This document shows, piece after piece, positions 27,002 to 39,060 of a stretch of 64,000 nucleotides of DNA (within the stretch, counting starts at the first letter, position 1; every line of letters begins with the position of its first letter). This DNA is from Selaginella moellendorffii (Eukaryota; Plantae; Lycopodiophyta). The notes under the pieces are model-generated. The model was not told the DNA's origin. It saw only the letters and a list, made by a program, of their open reading frames with translations, and ran no database searches. The position numbers and the translations under genes are program-made. The stretch spans positions 2,799,710 to 2,863,709 of the forward strand of contig NW_003314264.1 of NCBI RefSeq assembly GCF_000143415.4, read 5' to 3'.

Positions 27002-28800
27002 TTAGATCTTTTGGACTAGCAGCTGGATGCCAGTGAAGGACTGGATCACGATTTGCACCGTGGGGTTGTGCCGGTAGTTTGGAGATAGCCGGAAGGAGAA
27101 ATTTTGCAGCAGCATTGCGAGGACGACCTTGGCCTCCATCACTGCGAGTCCCTGCCCAATACACACTCGGGGGCCGAAGCTAAAACCAAGGAAGGCGTTT
27201 GGATGCTTGCATGCCTTCGTCGTCCCATTCGCAAAGCGCTCCGGCCTAAACTCGTTCGCGTCCGGTCCCCACAGCTCCGGGTCGTGCTGGAGCGACAGGA
27301 TGGGAATGGTGATCCCCGTCCCTCGAGGAAGCTTGATTCCATTGCTGAGCACTGTGTCGTGGGAGCTCGCTCTGTTCATCTCCCCGGCAGCGGGGTAAAG
27401 CCTGAGAGTCTCAAGGATTATCATACCAACCTGGAAGAAATGTGACATTCTTGGGAACTGGAAAGAAGAAAAAAAAGAACTTGAGAGCTTACCACTTTGA
27501 GCTTGCTCAGAGTTTCTCCATCGTCCACTCCATTGGGAAAGTGTTGCTGGACCTCGGCTCTGGCTTTCTCTTGCCAGTCCGGGTGTGTTGCGAGCAATAG
27601 GAGCGCCCAGGCCAGTAATGAGGAACTCGTTTCGTGGCCAGCGAGGTAGAAAGTTTTGCATTCGTCCACTATAGCTTGCTCGGGAAACTTCACAGACTTA
27701 CCGCCCGTTTCACCTTCCTCGAGGATCAAGCCCAGCAAGTCGCTTCCATATGGATGAGACGATCTCTCTCCCAGCTTAGCAGCGGCGATTCTTCGCTCTC
27801 GGATCAATGACAACAGAGTGCCATCGATTTCTCTGCGTAGCTTCCATATCTGGAAGTTTAGCTTTGTAGGAAGGTACCTGTGAGAGCTGACTGCTATCGA
27901 TTAAACACTCAAAGAATGGTTTTGTACCTGAAGAATGGTAGCCACGAGTTGTGGAAACATCTCACCAGCAGCACTCCCAGCAGAGTTAATCCTTGGAAAA
28001 CTCGCTCGCCTTTCTCGTAGTTGCTACCAAACGAGGTGTGAGATATGACATCAGCCGCCAGCCTTTTGAGGTCTTGTTGGACTTCCACCTCGGTTTCTAG
28101 TCCTTTGGCATGCCCCACGCGCCTGCTCCACTTCTCCACCAGCTTTTCAGTACAATTTGTCATGGAAGAAAGCATTGCCTGGAAGGAAGATAATAAAAAA
28201 AGTGAAAGAATCGAAGTTAGAAAAGACCACCTTGAGCCTCTGCGTGTGAAAGGCAGGAGAGAGGACGCTTCTGTGGTGCGACCATTTATTTCCATTCAAT
28301 CCAACGAGACCGGCGCCGATGAAGTCCAGCACAAACTCGAGCTGCTGCTCCGATTTTTCGAATTTGTCGAACTGCTTGGAGAGAATCTCTCGGATGGAGT
28401 CGGGGTCGAAGACTACAACCCTCGGTTCGCTCAGCCACCGTATGAGATACGGTTTTCCTGCGCGAGAAAAAACTCAGTGAGCAAGCAAGCAAGCAAGCAA
28501 GCACGAGAGAGAGGGGGAACAAAGAAACTTACCGTATAACTTGGACCAAGCAGCAACGTCGGGGCTCACATGAGCAACGATGTCGTGACTTATTCCATCC
28601 ATGCCTTTGTTCCTCGCGGCTTCTCTCCTGAATAATATCTCCACGACGTTTCCAGCCAGAAAGATTGGAGGCGGTCCTTTGAGCCCTTGGCCGCGGAGAG
28701 CCGCTTCCAACTTCCTCATGTGCCACCATTTTAGCCCGCTTCGACAAATTCTCTCCAGGAACACGCAGATAGCGAGCGCCAGAGCCAAACTTCCCCACAT
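27002..28800 (-). CDS. Cytochrome P450, CYP72 clan, 5 exons
   Basis: LRGQGLKGPPP, W..HR, CKTFYLAGHETSS, ETLRLYP, FRPERF, FSFGPRVCIG heme motif. Confidence 0.92.
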
Positions 28801-28872
28801 TTTTTCCTTCCCTCCTCAGCTCAGCTGTCCGCCACTCGTGGTATATGGGGGTAGAAAAGAGTAAAAAACTCG

Positions 28873-30900
28873 TCAGCGATGGACGATTTCCCCGGTGCTG
28901 TCGTCTTGCCCCATTTGTTTTTTAGTCTTGTGCCTCGCCGCCAATGGAATCCGGCTGTTGGAAAGCAGCACGAATCCCGCTCCAGAGCTTGGATCAGAAT
29001 CAAAAACCAGTTTTGCTGCTCGGGCCCCATGGAAGCCGTCACTGTGGCTCCGACTAGCGGCCAAGAGAGTAATCCAATCGATGGAATCAGCAGCAAATGG
29101 CATGTTGGCCAGCAGCTCGTATGCATGCTCCAAGTATCCTCCTCGGCCCAGGAGATCGACCATGCAGCAGTAGTGCTGTTTCTTAGCTCGGATCCCATAG
29201 TCGCTCTCCATGGACGTGAAGTAGCATCGGCCGTCGTAAACTCGAGCTCCGGAGCTACACGAGATGAGGATCGAGACGAAGGATATGTCGTCCGGCGTGT
29301 AGAGCGCTCTCATATAATCAAAAGTTGATCTTGCTTGGTGGGAGTGGCCGTTTAGAGAGTACGCCGCGAGCATGGCACCGCAAGATATCCGGTTCTGCTC
29401 CGGCTGCCGAGTGAAAATCCTCTCGGCTTGTGTCAAGCGTCCGTTGCGAGCGTAGGCGCCGAGAATGCAAGTCCAGGAGATTTCATCGCGGTGTGGAAGC
29501 CCAGAGTAGAACAGGCACTCGGCTTCCTCAAGCTGAGCAGCCATGGAATACGCGGCGATCATCGTGGTCGACGAAACCATGTCGTGCTGCGGCATCCGGT
29601 CGAACAGATCCTTGGCCGAGTTGAGATGGCTCTTCACGGCATAGGCAGCGAGCAGAGAGTTCCATGAGACCAAATCCTTGCATGGAAGCTCGTCAAAAAC
29701 TTGCTTTGCATTCTCCACGCTTCCGGCTTGCGCATAAGAAGCCAAGAGAGCGTTGCATTGCACCAAGTTTACCTCCGGCAACTTTGCAAACATCTCCTTG
29801 GCGTTTTCCAAGAGGCCATTTTGGGTGTAGCCCGTGAGCATGGCATTCACGCTCACCACATTCTTCTCGGGCATCCGATCAAACAAGTCCTTCGCTCTGG
29901 CCATATCCCCGTGCTGAGCAAACGCCGCCAGCATCGAGTTCCAAGATACGAGGTTCCACTGTGGTATCTCGTCAAACATGTCTTTGGCCTCGGCCAGCTT
30001 CCCGTCCCGAGCAAGCGCGGCCAGCATCGAGTTCCACAAGACCGTGTTGGCCTCGTAGCTCGCCGAAGCGCTGTCAAAGAAGCTCTTTGCCCGTCCAAAG
30101 TGGCCGTTTTGGGCGTAGGCGACGAGCATTGAGTTCAAGGACACAAGATTGTGCTCGGGCATGCGCTCAAACGTCCGCTTTGCTTGCTCCATATGCCCGT
30201 TTTGGGCATACGCCGCGAGCAAAGCGTTCCAAGACACAAGGTTCCGCTGTGGCATTTCTCGGAAACATTTTTCAGCCTCTTCAGTGTTTCCCTCTTGCGA
30301 GTAAGAAGCTAAAAGTGATGTCCAGCAGAACAAATCGTGCTCAGGCATAGCATCAAACACCGTAAACGCTTCCGCAAGATGCCCATTCTGGGCATATGCT
30401 ACAAGAAGAGCATGCCAAGCTACCAAGTCCAACATGGGAATCTGATCCAACAGCGCTTTAGTAAGACCCAAATTCCTGACTTTCGAGCTTGCAATCACCA
30501 TGCTCGTCCACGAAACCAAGTTGGCCTCCGGCATCCGCGAGAAGAGATCGCTGGTGAGCTCGAGATCCCCGTTTCGAGCGGCCGCCGATAGCAGCGTGTT
30601 CCACGCGAGTACACTATGCTGCGGCATTCGATCCAGCAGCAGCGCCATAGCTTCTCTGATAAACCCATTGTCGCAGTAGGCGGCGAGCATCAGGATCCAG
30701 GAAAAGATGTCCTTGCGCTGGATGCTGTGGAAGGCCGCAAGCGCCAGATCCACGCGGCCGTGCCGCCCGTGCATGGCGATGAGCTTGTTGAGGACAAAGA
30801 GATCGCGGCCATGGTGCGATCGCGCCAGCCGCTCGACGTCGCGCGCTTGGGACGGGCTCGCACAGCTCCGGATGAGAGCCAAGCACGCATCGCGCTCCAT
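28873..30900 (-). CDS. PLS-class PPR protein with tandem short (SS-type) motifs and E domain, intronless
   Basis: 31-aa repeats (VSWNxMLAAYAQNG..AK..FD.MP); HYCCMVDLLGRGG; E domain; no DYW; ATG at 30900 (the track start at 30903 is GTG). Confidence 0.9.
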   Translation of the reverse strand: MERDACLALIRSCASPSQARDVERLARSHHGRDLFVLNKLIAMHGRHGRVDLALAAFHSIQRKDIFSWILMLAAYCDNGFIREAMALLLDRMPQHSVLAWNTLLSAAARNGDLELTSDLFSRMPEANLVSWTSMVIASSKVRNLGLTKALLDQIPMLDLVAWHALLVAYAQNGHLAEAFTVFDAMPEHDLFCWTSLLASYSQEGNTEEAEKCFREMPQRNLVSWNALLAAYAQNGHMEQAKRTFERMPEHNLVSLNSMLVAYAQNGHFGRAKSFFDSASASYEANTVLWNSMLAALARDGKLAEAKDMFDEIPQWNLVSWNSMLAAFAQHGDMARAKDLFDRMPEKNVVSVNAMLTGYTQNGLLENAKEMFAKLPEVNLVQCNALLASYAQAGSVENAKQVFDELPCKDLVSWNSLLAAYAVKSHLNSAKDLFDRMPQHDMVSSTTMIAAYSMAAQLEEAECLFYSGLPHRDEISWTCILGAYARNGRLTQAERIFTRQPEQNRISCGAMLAAYSLNGHSHQARSTFDYMRALYTPDDISFVSILISCSSGARVYDGRCYFTSMESDYGIRAKKQHYCCMVDLLGRGGYLEHAYELLANMPFAADSIDWITLLAASRSHSDGFHGARAAKLVFDSDPSSGAGFVLLSNSRIPLAARHKTKKQMGQDDSTGEIVHR

Positions 30901-31263
30901 CACGCCATGTGGCAGGCTCTCTACGTGACACGTCAGACCCCAAAAACTCTAACTATTGCCAAGTCATTACTAACCGATGTGATAGTTTATCATTGAAAAG
31001 TAATAAGAAGATGTTTGCCGGGCATTCCATTCCATACGTTGCTCTCACGTCGACTGACAACTTTCCGCTTTCCTTCAAAGAAATCAAGACAGCTTTTACA
31101 GAAAGTTGTTTGAAGCGCTTCATGACGACAAAGACACAACACAATCCCAGATTTTCAAGGAATCCCTCCTTGATCTTCTTATATAGACAACTTTTTTCTG
31201 TCCTTTCACCACGAGTCGAAATATTGCAGCGAAAACTTCGAAAGATGTATCATACTACACGAA

Positions 31264-33114
31264 TCACGCTTTCAGCGCATTTCCCAGGACCACATACGCT
31301 GCTCCGGCATTGACACTTTCCACTGCTCGAAAGCTCTTTTCCTTGAATGAATCAGCATCCGGGCTTCTGCAGGAAGCTCCCAGCAGGCTCATCCATCCCT
31401 CCGAGTTGGGCTCGTATGGCATCGTCTCAATGAGCTCCTGCGCCATGCCAAAGTAGCCACCCCTCGCCAAGAGATCAACCATGCAACTGTAGTGCTGTAT
31501 TCCCGGGCAAATGTTGTAGTCCTGAATCATCGACTGGAAGTAACACCGTCCAGAGTAAACGTCTCCCTCATGGCTGCACGAGATTATCGCCGACGTAAAA
31601 GAAGACTCATCGCGAAGAACGGTCAGTGCCATCGAGGCAAAGAGATTCTCAAAGATGCCACGCGATTCCCCGTTGCTCCAGCACCAGGCGAGCACCGCGC
31701 TCCATTCGGCAACACCCAAGAAACTGTAAGGAATGCGCTCAAAGAGACAAAGAGCGTTTCTCATGTACCCATTCCGGGCATAAGCGGCAAGCATCGCATT
31801 CCATGAAATGGAGCTTCTATGAGGCATTGTATAAAATATTCTCTGAGCATCTTCAATCTCTCCCACGCAAGCGTAAGAGCTTAGCATGCACGTCCACGAA
31901 ATAGAATCTCTCTCAGGCATTCGATCGAATGTGCTCTTTGTTACTTCTAGATCTCCCATCTGGGCATATGCAGCAAGCACTGCATTCCAAGAGACCAAAT
32001 CAATCGCTACCATAGAATCAAAAAAGTTTTTGGCAATCGACGGCTCCCCGGCCTGCACAAAACCTGCTAGCATTGCATTGCACAGGACAAGATTCCATTC
32101 CGGAATCTGGTAGAAGATCTGCTGTGCTTTCTGCAGATTCCCGTTCCTGGAATGGACCGCCAGGATCGAGCTCCAGGAGTACGAATCGTGGCAAGGCATC
32201 GAATGGAAGAGCTCGGCGGCTTCATGCCCGTTCACCATAGATCCAAGAACAACGTTCCACGAGATTAAATCCCGCCACGGCATTCGATCAAACAGCTCCC
32301 GCAATTCGCAGAGATTCCCCGCCTGGGCATTTGCATTAAGAAGCGCATTCCAGGAAACCAGATCGTGCTGAGGCATTCGATCAAAGATCTCTTTCGCAAC
32401 TCGAGAGTTGTTATCAGCTGCGATCAGGATCGAGGTCCAGGACATCAAATTCCTCTCTGGCATCGCCTCGAATAAGCGCAGAGCGGATATAAAGTCCCGG
32501 TTTTGTGCATACATGTCAAGCAGCAAGTTCCACGAGACCAAGTTCCACTCGGGGAGTTTTTCAAAGAATTCTTGTGCAAATCCAACGTCTTCTCCTGCAA
32601 ATGCTGCGAGCATGCTGTTCCAGGCTACAAGATCTCGCTGTGGCATCTCTTCAAAGATATGATGAGCTCTAGGAAAGTTCCCCACTCTGGCAAATGCTGC
32701 GATCATTGAAGTACAACACACAATATCCTTGTCAGGCATGTCGGAGAAAACTTCCTCGGCAGCACAAAGATCATCGTTGTCAAGAAACGCGACCAGAATC
32801 AACGAAAACGACACCATGTCCCTCTGCGGCATCTGATCATACAGCGTTTTGACAATCTCCAGATGCCCAGCTTTGGCATATGCGGACATGAGCAAAACCC
32901 AGCTGAAAACGTTGCCGCTGCTGCCCAGGCTCGCAAAGGTCTCTTGAGCATCGCTTGCGCTGCCGACCCTCCCATACATTTCAATGACCTTGTTGTAGAG
33001 GAAAACATCATCACTGGCTCCCACCACCCTCTTGATTTCCAAATGGATCTCCCTCGCAGCACCAAGAGTTTTGCAGTTGCGAAGGGTTTCAAGGCATCTC
33101 CCCCGATCGAGCAT
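31264..33114 (-). CDS. PLS-class PPR protein (SS-rich, E domain), intronless
   Basis: 616-aa ORF of short PPR repeats; HYSCMVDLLARGG; AAYVVLGN. Confidence 0.9.
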   Translation of the reverse strand: MLDRGRCLETLRNCKTLGAAREIHLEIKRVVGASDDVFLYNKVIEMYGRVGSASDAQETFASLGSSGNVFSWVLLMSAYAKAGHLEIVKTLYDQMPQRDMVSFSLILVAFLDNDDLCAAEEVFSDMPDKDIVCCTSMIAAFARVGNFPRAHHIFEEMPQRDLVAWNSMLAAFAGEDVGFAQEFFEKLPEWNLVSWNLLLDMYAQNRDFISALRLFEAMPERNLMSWTSILIAADNNSRVAKEIFDRMPQHDLVSWNALLNANAQAGNLCELRELFDRMPWRDLISWNVVLGSMVNGHEAAELFHSMPCHDSYSWSSILAVHSRNGNLQKAQQIFYQIPEWNLVLCNAMLAGFVQAGEPSIAKNFFDSMVAIDLVSWNAVLAAYAQMGDLEVTKSTFDRMPERDSISWTCMLSSYACVGEIEDAQRIFYTMPHRSSISWNAMLAAYARNGYMRNALCLFERIPYSFLGVAEWSAVLAWCWSNGESRGIFENLFASMALTVLRDESSFTSAIISCSHEGDVYSGRCYFQSMIQDYNICPGIQHYSCMVDLLARGGYFGMAQELIETMPYEPNSEGWMSLLGASCRSPDADSFKEKSFRAVESVNAGAAYVVLGNALKA

Positions 33115-33183
33115 GAAATGATTCTTTCAAAGCAACACCTCCCTGGAACTTTTTTAAACTCGCAGCATCTTCTCGCATCTAGT

Positions 33184-35994
33184 TTAGGGTACACGTGTCT
33201 TCGTCTCCTCTTGCCACCTAAGCATGTTCGTCATGAGAACGTAGGCCGCGGCGTCGTCCCTGTCTATCTTCACGAGCGCTTCAAAGGCCACTCGTCCCAC
33301 TCGCGCGTCCTTCCACTTGTGACACGCCCCAAGCAGCGTCCTCCACACCAGCGCGCTAGCTTCGCCAGGCAATCCTTCCACCATCGCCAGCGCTTCCTCT
33401 AGCTGGTTTGCTCGGCCCAGGAGATCCACCACGCAAACGTAGTGCTCCATCGCCGGCTTGATCCCATACCTGGCCTCCATCTCCGCCAGGAGCTTCCTGC
33501 CGCGACCGACGAGCCCGGCGTGGCTGAAAGCGCTGAGGACGCACGTAAGCGCGACGTCGTCTGGCCGGACGCCTTCGTCTTGCATCCCGCGGAAGAGCTC
33601 CAAAACTCTGGCGATGTCTCCGACCCTGCTGTATCCCGAGATGAGCGAGGTCCAGCCGATGGAGCCGGGCTTTCCAGCGCTGTCGAAGACGAGCTGAGCG
33701 TCTCTGGCGCTGCTGCATTTGCCGTAGACGTCGATCATGGAGTTTGAGACGGCGTCGTCGTCGTCGTCGGTGGCTCCTGCTCTCAAGATCTCGGAGTGGA
33801 CTCTCCGGAGAGTTTCGAGAGAAGCTGAGCGTCCACAGCTCTTCAAAGCCGCGAGGAAGAGCCGAGAGTCGTGAGCGCAGTGGTAGCTTTGAGTTCTCAT
33901 CAGCCTCTGGAACATCTCTACACCGAGCTCGTCCTCGTTGTTCTCAAAGTATCCCAGCGTCAGCTCGGTGCGCACCTCGTAGCTCGGGGACGGGATAGCA
34001 TCGAAGAACTTGCGTGCGTCGCCCATGCTTCCACACCTGGAGTACATCTCCACGATCTTGCTGGCCACGAACTTGTCCAAGTCGAGACCACGCTGTGCGG
34101 CTTGCGAGTGGAGGTCATTTCCTCTCTTCAGCGCTTCCATCTTCCCACCCTTACCATCTTCTTTGGCAGCAAGAGTGATGCAAGCTTTCAATGCCGCCAC
34201 GTAGCTCCGACAGTCCGGCTCAAAGCCTTCGTCTTTCATCCGAGTGAAAATGCTGAAAGCCGAGTCTGGATCATCCTTGTCGACGTAGCCGAGCATCAAA
34301 GCTGTCCATGACACCACGTCGTGTCGACGAATCTTGTCGAAAACTCGTCTCGCATTTTCCAGGCTTCCGCATTTTGCGTATAGAGCGATAAGAGTACTTG
34401 CGAGAAAAACGTCCCCACCATCAAAGCAGCCCAGTTCTTCAGCCTCGGACTCCAGCTCCAAGCCTTTTCTCAGAGCCTCAACTTTCAAAATGCTCCCATC
34501 CTGCGTCTGGGTGCCTGCTTCCTTCTCTGCCAGTCCGGAGCAAGCAGTAAGAACAGCGACAAAAGTCCGAGCGTCTGGAGTGTACCTCTTGGCCTTCATT
34601 GACGTGAAAAGCTCCAAAGCCAGCTCTTCGCCACCATTTTCAGCGTAGCCCAGAAGCAAAGCCGTCCAGGAAACGACATCGTGACGAACCATTCCGTCGA
34701 AAACTCTTTGAGCACAAGTCAAGCTCCTGCACTTCGCGTACATGTCGACTAGCGTACTGGCCAGAAACAAGTCCGAATCCCAGCTACGGTTTGCTGCTTG
34801 AGAGTGTAAAATACTCCCCCTTTCCAAGGCCTCAACTTTGACAAGCTTTCCGTCGATTCTCCGGCCTTCTTCCTTCGCTGCCATGCTTCCACAGGCCTTG
34901 AGAGCAGCGACGAAAGCTCTGGTGTCGAGTACAAAGCTCTTCTGTGACAGCGTCCGGGAAAAGATCTTCAAGGCCACCTCGGGCTGTCCGTTCTCTACGA
35001 GTCCGAGCATGAGAGCTGTAAGCGAGACGACGCTGCGGTTTGGAGTTCTTTCGAACACGTCGATGGCATCCTCAAGGCTCCCACATTTCGCATACAAGTC
35101 CACCAACGCTCCAGCGACAACCCTGTGTAACTCACAGCCATTTCTCGCCGCTCGAGCATGCAGAGCTCTTCCGGTTTCCAAGGCCTTCGGCTTCACCACC
35201 TTCCCGTCCACTGCCCGGCCCTGCTCATTGCTCGCCAGACTCGTGCACGCGTTCAGAGCAGCCACGAAAGTTGGAGCATCCGGTTCCAATCCTCCCATGT
35301 ACGAGAACAAATCCAGAGCGATCTCTGGTCGTCCATTCTCGCAGTAGCCGAGCACGAGTGAGGTCCAAGCAACCACGCTATGCGCTTTCATCCTGTCGAA
35401 AACCCTGCGCGAGTCCTCCAAACTCCCACACTTGGCGTACAAATCCACCAAGTTGCTGCCCACGAAGACGTCGGAGCGATCCAAGCCGAGCTTGGCAGCC
35501 TGGGAATGTAAAGACATACACTCGTTCAGGCATTTCATCCTCACGAATTTTCCATGAACTTTGAGCTGACCTTGTTCTTCCTTGGTAGCCAGATTGGAGC
35601 AGGCCTTCAGTGCCGCCAAGAAAGTGGGACGATCCGGCTCACATCTGGCCGGAGCCACCATCATCTCTCCAAAAACGTGCAACGCAGCCTCGCCCTGGCC
35701 GTTTTCGGCATAGCCGGAGATGAGAGAGGTCCACGACACGACGTCCCGATGCTTCATACCGTCGAATGCTGCTCGCGCGAGCTCCATGCTGCCGCATTTG
35801 GAATACATGCCTACCAGGGCGCTGCCGACGAAGGCATCGGCGTCGTCCCCATTCTCGACCGCCTGCTTGTGGATTCGCTGGCCGCTCTTGAGATCCCTGG
35901 ACTGCGCGCACGCCCTGAGCGACGCGAGAAGCGCCGTGATCCGCTCCCTTTGCTGCGGCGATCGGACGAGGACATCCGCATTCTTGCCGCGCAT
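33184..35994 (-). CDS. PLS-class PPR protein with elongated L motifs and E domain
   Basis: P-L-S triplets (VSWT..GY.ENG / FVAALKAC..insert..G..LH / LVDLYAKCGS); HYVCVVDLLGRAN; first ATG 35994; 5' end uncertain. Confidence 0.88.
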   Translation of the reverse strand: MRGKNADVLVRSPQQRERITALLASLRACAQSRDLKSGQRIHKQAVENGDDADAFVGSALVGMYSKCGSMELARAAFDGMKHRDVVSWTSLISGYAENGQGEAALHVFGEMMVAPARCEPDRPTFLAALKACSNLATKEEQGQLKVHGKFVRMKCLNECMSLHSQAAKLGLDRSDVFVGSNLVDLYAKCGSLEDSRRVFDRMKAHSVVAWTSLVLGYCENGRPEIALDLFSYMGGLEPDAPTFVAALNACTSLASNEQGRAVDGKVVKPKALETGRALHARAARNGCELHRVVAGALVDLYAKCGSLEDAIDVFERTPNRSVVSLTALMLGLVENGQPEVALKIFSRTLSQKSFVLDTRAFVAALKACGSMAAKEEGRRIDGKLVKVEALERGSILHSQAANRSWDSDLFLASTLVDMYAKCRSLTCAQRVFDGMVRHDVVSWTALLLGYAENGGEELALELFTSMKAKRYTPDARTFVAVLTACSGLAEKEAGTQTQDGSILKVEALRKGLELESEAEELGCFDGGDVFLASTLIALYAKCGSLENARRVFDKIRRHDVVSWTALMLGYVDKDDPDSAFSIFTRMKDEGFEPDCRSYVAALKACITLAAKEDGKGGKMEALKRGNDLHSQAAQRGLDLDKFVASKIVEMYSRCGSMGDARKFFDAIPSPSYEVRTELTLGYFENNEDELGVEMFQRLMRTQSYHCAHDSRLFLAALKSCGRSASLETLRRVHSEILRAGATDDDDDAVSNSMIDVYGKCSSARDAQLVFDSAGKPGSIGWTSLISGYSRVGDIARVLELFRGMQDEGVRPDDVALTCVLSAFSHAGLVGRGRKLLAEMEARYGIKPAMEHYVCVVDLLGRANQLEEALAMVEGLPGEASALVWRTLLGACHKWKDARVGRVAFEALVKIDRDDAAAYVLMTNMLRWQEETKTRVP

Positions 35995-38209
35995 GAAGTA
36001 CCATTGCAAGGTCGAAGAACCCTAAATCCTAGTACTCACGTCAGTTTCGTCAAAAGCAGATTTTCTTTGACCGGCGACTTTGACCTTGAGCCTCCCCTTC
36101 AAGTCTTTGGAAGGATGGCTTTCGCTCATGTTGCCGCTCCAGCTGGAACAGCACAAGTCTTTCTACTTTGGGTTTGCTCCTCGGTAGCAATGTCGGAGCA
36201 TTTATGCAATCTGGCTATGTTTGATGTCATGCTGGAGTGGATGGATTGTTGTCAATCTTTCTCAATATCCCCTCAGGATTAATAGCAGTCCTTGTAAGTT
36301 CAATCACTAAACAGGCCCTGTTAAAATTGATGTAATTAACTTTCCATTCCAATCAAGCACCACAAGCAGCTCATGAATTTTAGTGGATTGTGGCATAACT
36401 GCTAAGTGACCATGATAGAACAGCAATATTGGCTTGCCAGACTAGTTGAGATATCCTTTATTCAGTCCACCACATGAGTAGAGAGATAAAAATTTAGCTT
36501 TTTAAAGATTTTGTCTTCCAACCCTTCTATGGAGTAATTGGTAATATGAATTCATAACTTCAAAGTATAGCTAAACTCAATAGCTAAAGTTTTAAAAAAG
36601 TTATTCTAATTAAAAGCTTGAAAATAATATTGTCAAAAAATATTTAAAAATAAAACTTATATATATTACTGCATGGAATATAGAAATGGAATACATAAAT
36701 ATACATATCAATTAGCCAAAAAACATGCACAGATTGAAACCAATCTGATAGCTTTTAAAATCCTAGTATACTAATATTAGTATATGGCATCACATAATCC
36801 TTTCCTTTTGGAAATATTAGGAGGAGATATCAGTGGATTTTTAAGTGGTGTTAGTTGTTTTTAATTTCTTTATAGAAGGTGTTTTAGTTATTGAATATGC
36901 ATAATTTTTGGAGGATTGGTTTGTTGAATATCATGTTAAACTTTATAAACTTGCAATCCAATTTACTACAACACTTTATATAGTCCTTCCTATTAAGTAA
37001 GAAGATTATTAAATAAACCTCATATCGTAATATTGTAGAAAAAAACTAATATTAAGTCATCTACTTAATGGAAGAATGCTTATTAAATATTAATCCTAAT
37101 ATCTAGCATCAGCAGCTCATGATAATCATGAAGGTAAACTCAACTTTATAAGTAGTATTGGATCATGACTATATAGAAATTTATATGGTGAAACACCAAT
37201 AGAACTTTATACCTTTATGACATATGTATATTGAAAAGAAGTCCTTTGAAAGTCTAAATGAACTATTCTATCAAACCATTTGATTATCAGTGATAAACAT
37301 TTGTGAGAGTGTGGCATATCCCCAGCTAAAACATTAAAATATAAAATGCCTTAGCTAAAAATGCGAGACCATTATCTAAAAGAATCTACTCTAGATAGAA
37401 ATCTTAGAACACCACTCAATTAAAGAGGAAGTACATAACAATAGTTATAAATGCACTATCAAGAATATTGACTTCCATCTAGCAAGTCAAGTAGTCAAAG
37501 GTAATAATGATATACTTATTACCAATAATTAACTATGAAAATAGCCTTATTAAATTAAAAGCAACAAACTTAAATGGATGGCAAATTACAATAAATTTAA
37601 ATTATCCTTTTGCAGCATGAAAGGGAGTATTATGAGTTTATTATCAAACATAACTATACATATACCAAATAAAACCACATTGCATCACTAGCTAATAAAA
37701 AGACATGTGTAATTTTTTAATTATATATTGAGGTTTCATATACTTATGTAGAATAGGAGAGTGATGATAAGCATAGAGAAAGTGTAGAATAAATATTGAA
37801 TAAATAAATAAAACACTAACTGTAAATGATTATTAGGATCAATCCTTATAAAATAAAGGCCGTTCTTAAGGAGGTATTGAAAATGTAAATGCCAAAATGG
37901 CAAGTTATCAAGAAGTGATACAAGATTTTTAAACCCTTCATAAAGTTTTTATATCTATAGCTCAACTTTTTAAGTCTAGGTTTCACATCATCCCTAGAGT
38001 GCAGCAGTAACACATTATAAATCTCACCAAAAAAAGTTAAATCTTGCTTTACACTTTATGAACATTGAAAATCATGTATAGTAATTGTTGATGACACAAA
38101 ATTCTCATCTAAAAAATAAGCTCATTAAGAATAAAATCCTTATATAAAAAATCCATTAATGTTGGAATAACAAACTCGTTAAGAACAGAAAAAAAGAGTG
38201 AAGAAGGGA

Positions 38210-38343
38210 AAGACTTCTTGAGAGGTCATTCAACTTAGTGTTATTTAAACTAAAGGACGATTAAAAAAAGTGGTGCATTTTTATTTATGGGCATTTTCCC
38301 TCTATATTTAAATTTTATGGATCATTTTTCAAGTTGTTTATAA
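38210..38343 (-). mobile_element. Truncated Cassandra-like LTR fragment
   Basis: agacttcttgagaggtcattcaac...ggtgcattt...tatggatcatttttcaagt aligns with the LTRs at 43611 and 44011. Confidence 0.6.
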
Positions 38344-39060
38344 TTGTCACCTCATTTATTAAATAATACTCGATACAAAAGAAAATACTTCCATTAGTGT
38401 AAAATCTTAATCTTCTTTGGTGATTAATGCCAAATATGAATATTGATTGGACGAGTATCATTAGTTGAAATAAAATGACATATTATAATCTTAGCCTCAG
38501 ACGATAAGTCAAAGTTAAAGAGGTTGACATAATCCTTCTTTAGTCAGTCAACTACTATGACACGAAGACCATCAAGAAGGATCTAGAATAAAGGAGCAAG
38601 ATGGAAATATAGTAGGAAATAATTGGGAAAAAAAATTGATGGAAATAGTGGTAAAAATAAAAAAATGAAATGGAATAAAAATGAGAGGAATAAAACAAAT
38701 ATAAAGAAGTATAAGATAAGAGAGTTAAACCTCAAAATCACATAGCTGCACTACAATCAATCCATATCAAAGATGAGGTTAAAGGCTTGATTTAGCACTA
38801 TTTGCAACAATTATTCAAACTCAAGATCACCTACACACAGAATTATGTTTAGTTTATACTAAGGGCATATATATGTACAACCATTGCTATAAAGAATGAA
38901 GATTGACTTTGCCGTGATGCAATTGTAAACTGTAGCATGTGGCAACAGGTCAAGCAATACAAAATAAACTCAATACTATATCAACAAACAAAAAGAGAAT
39001 AATAAAACATCTCTTATCATAAATAAGATTGAAAAGTAAATACTAGATGAACTATGTAAA

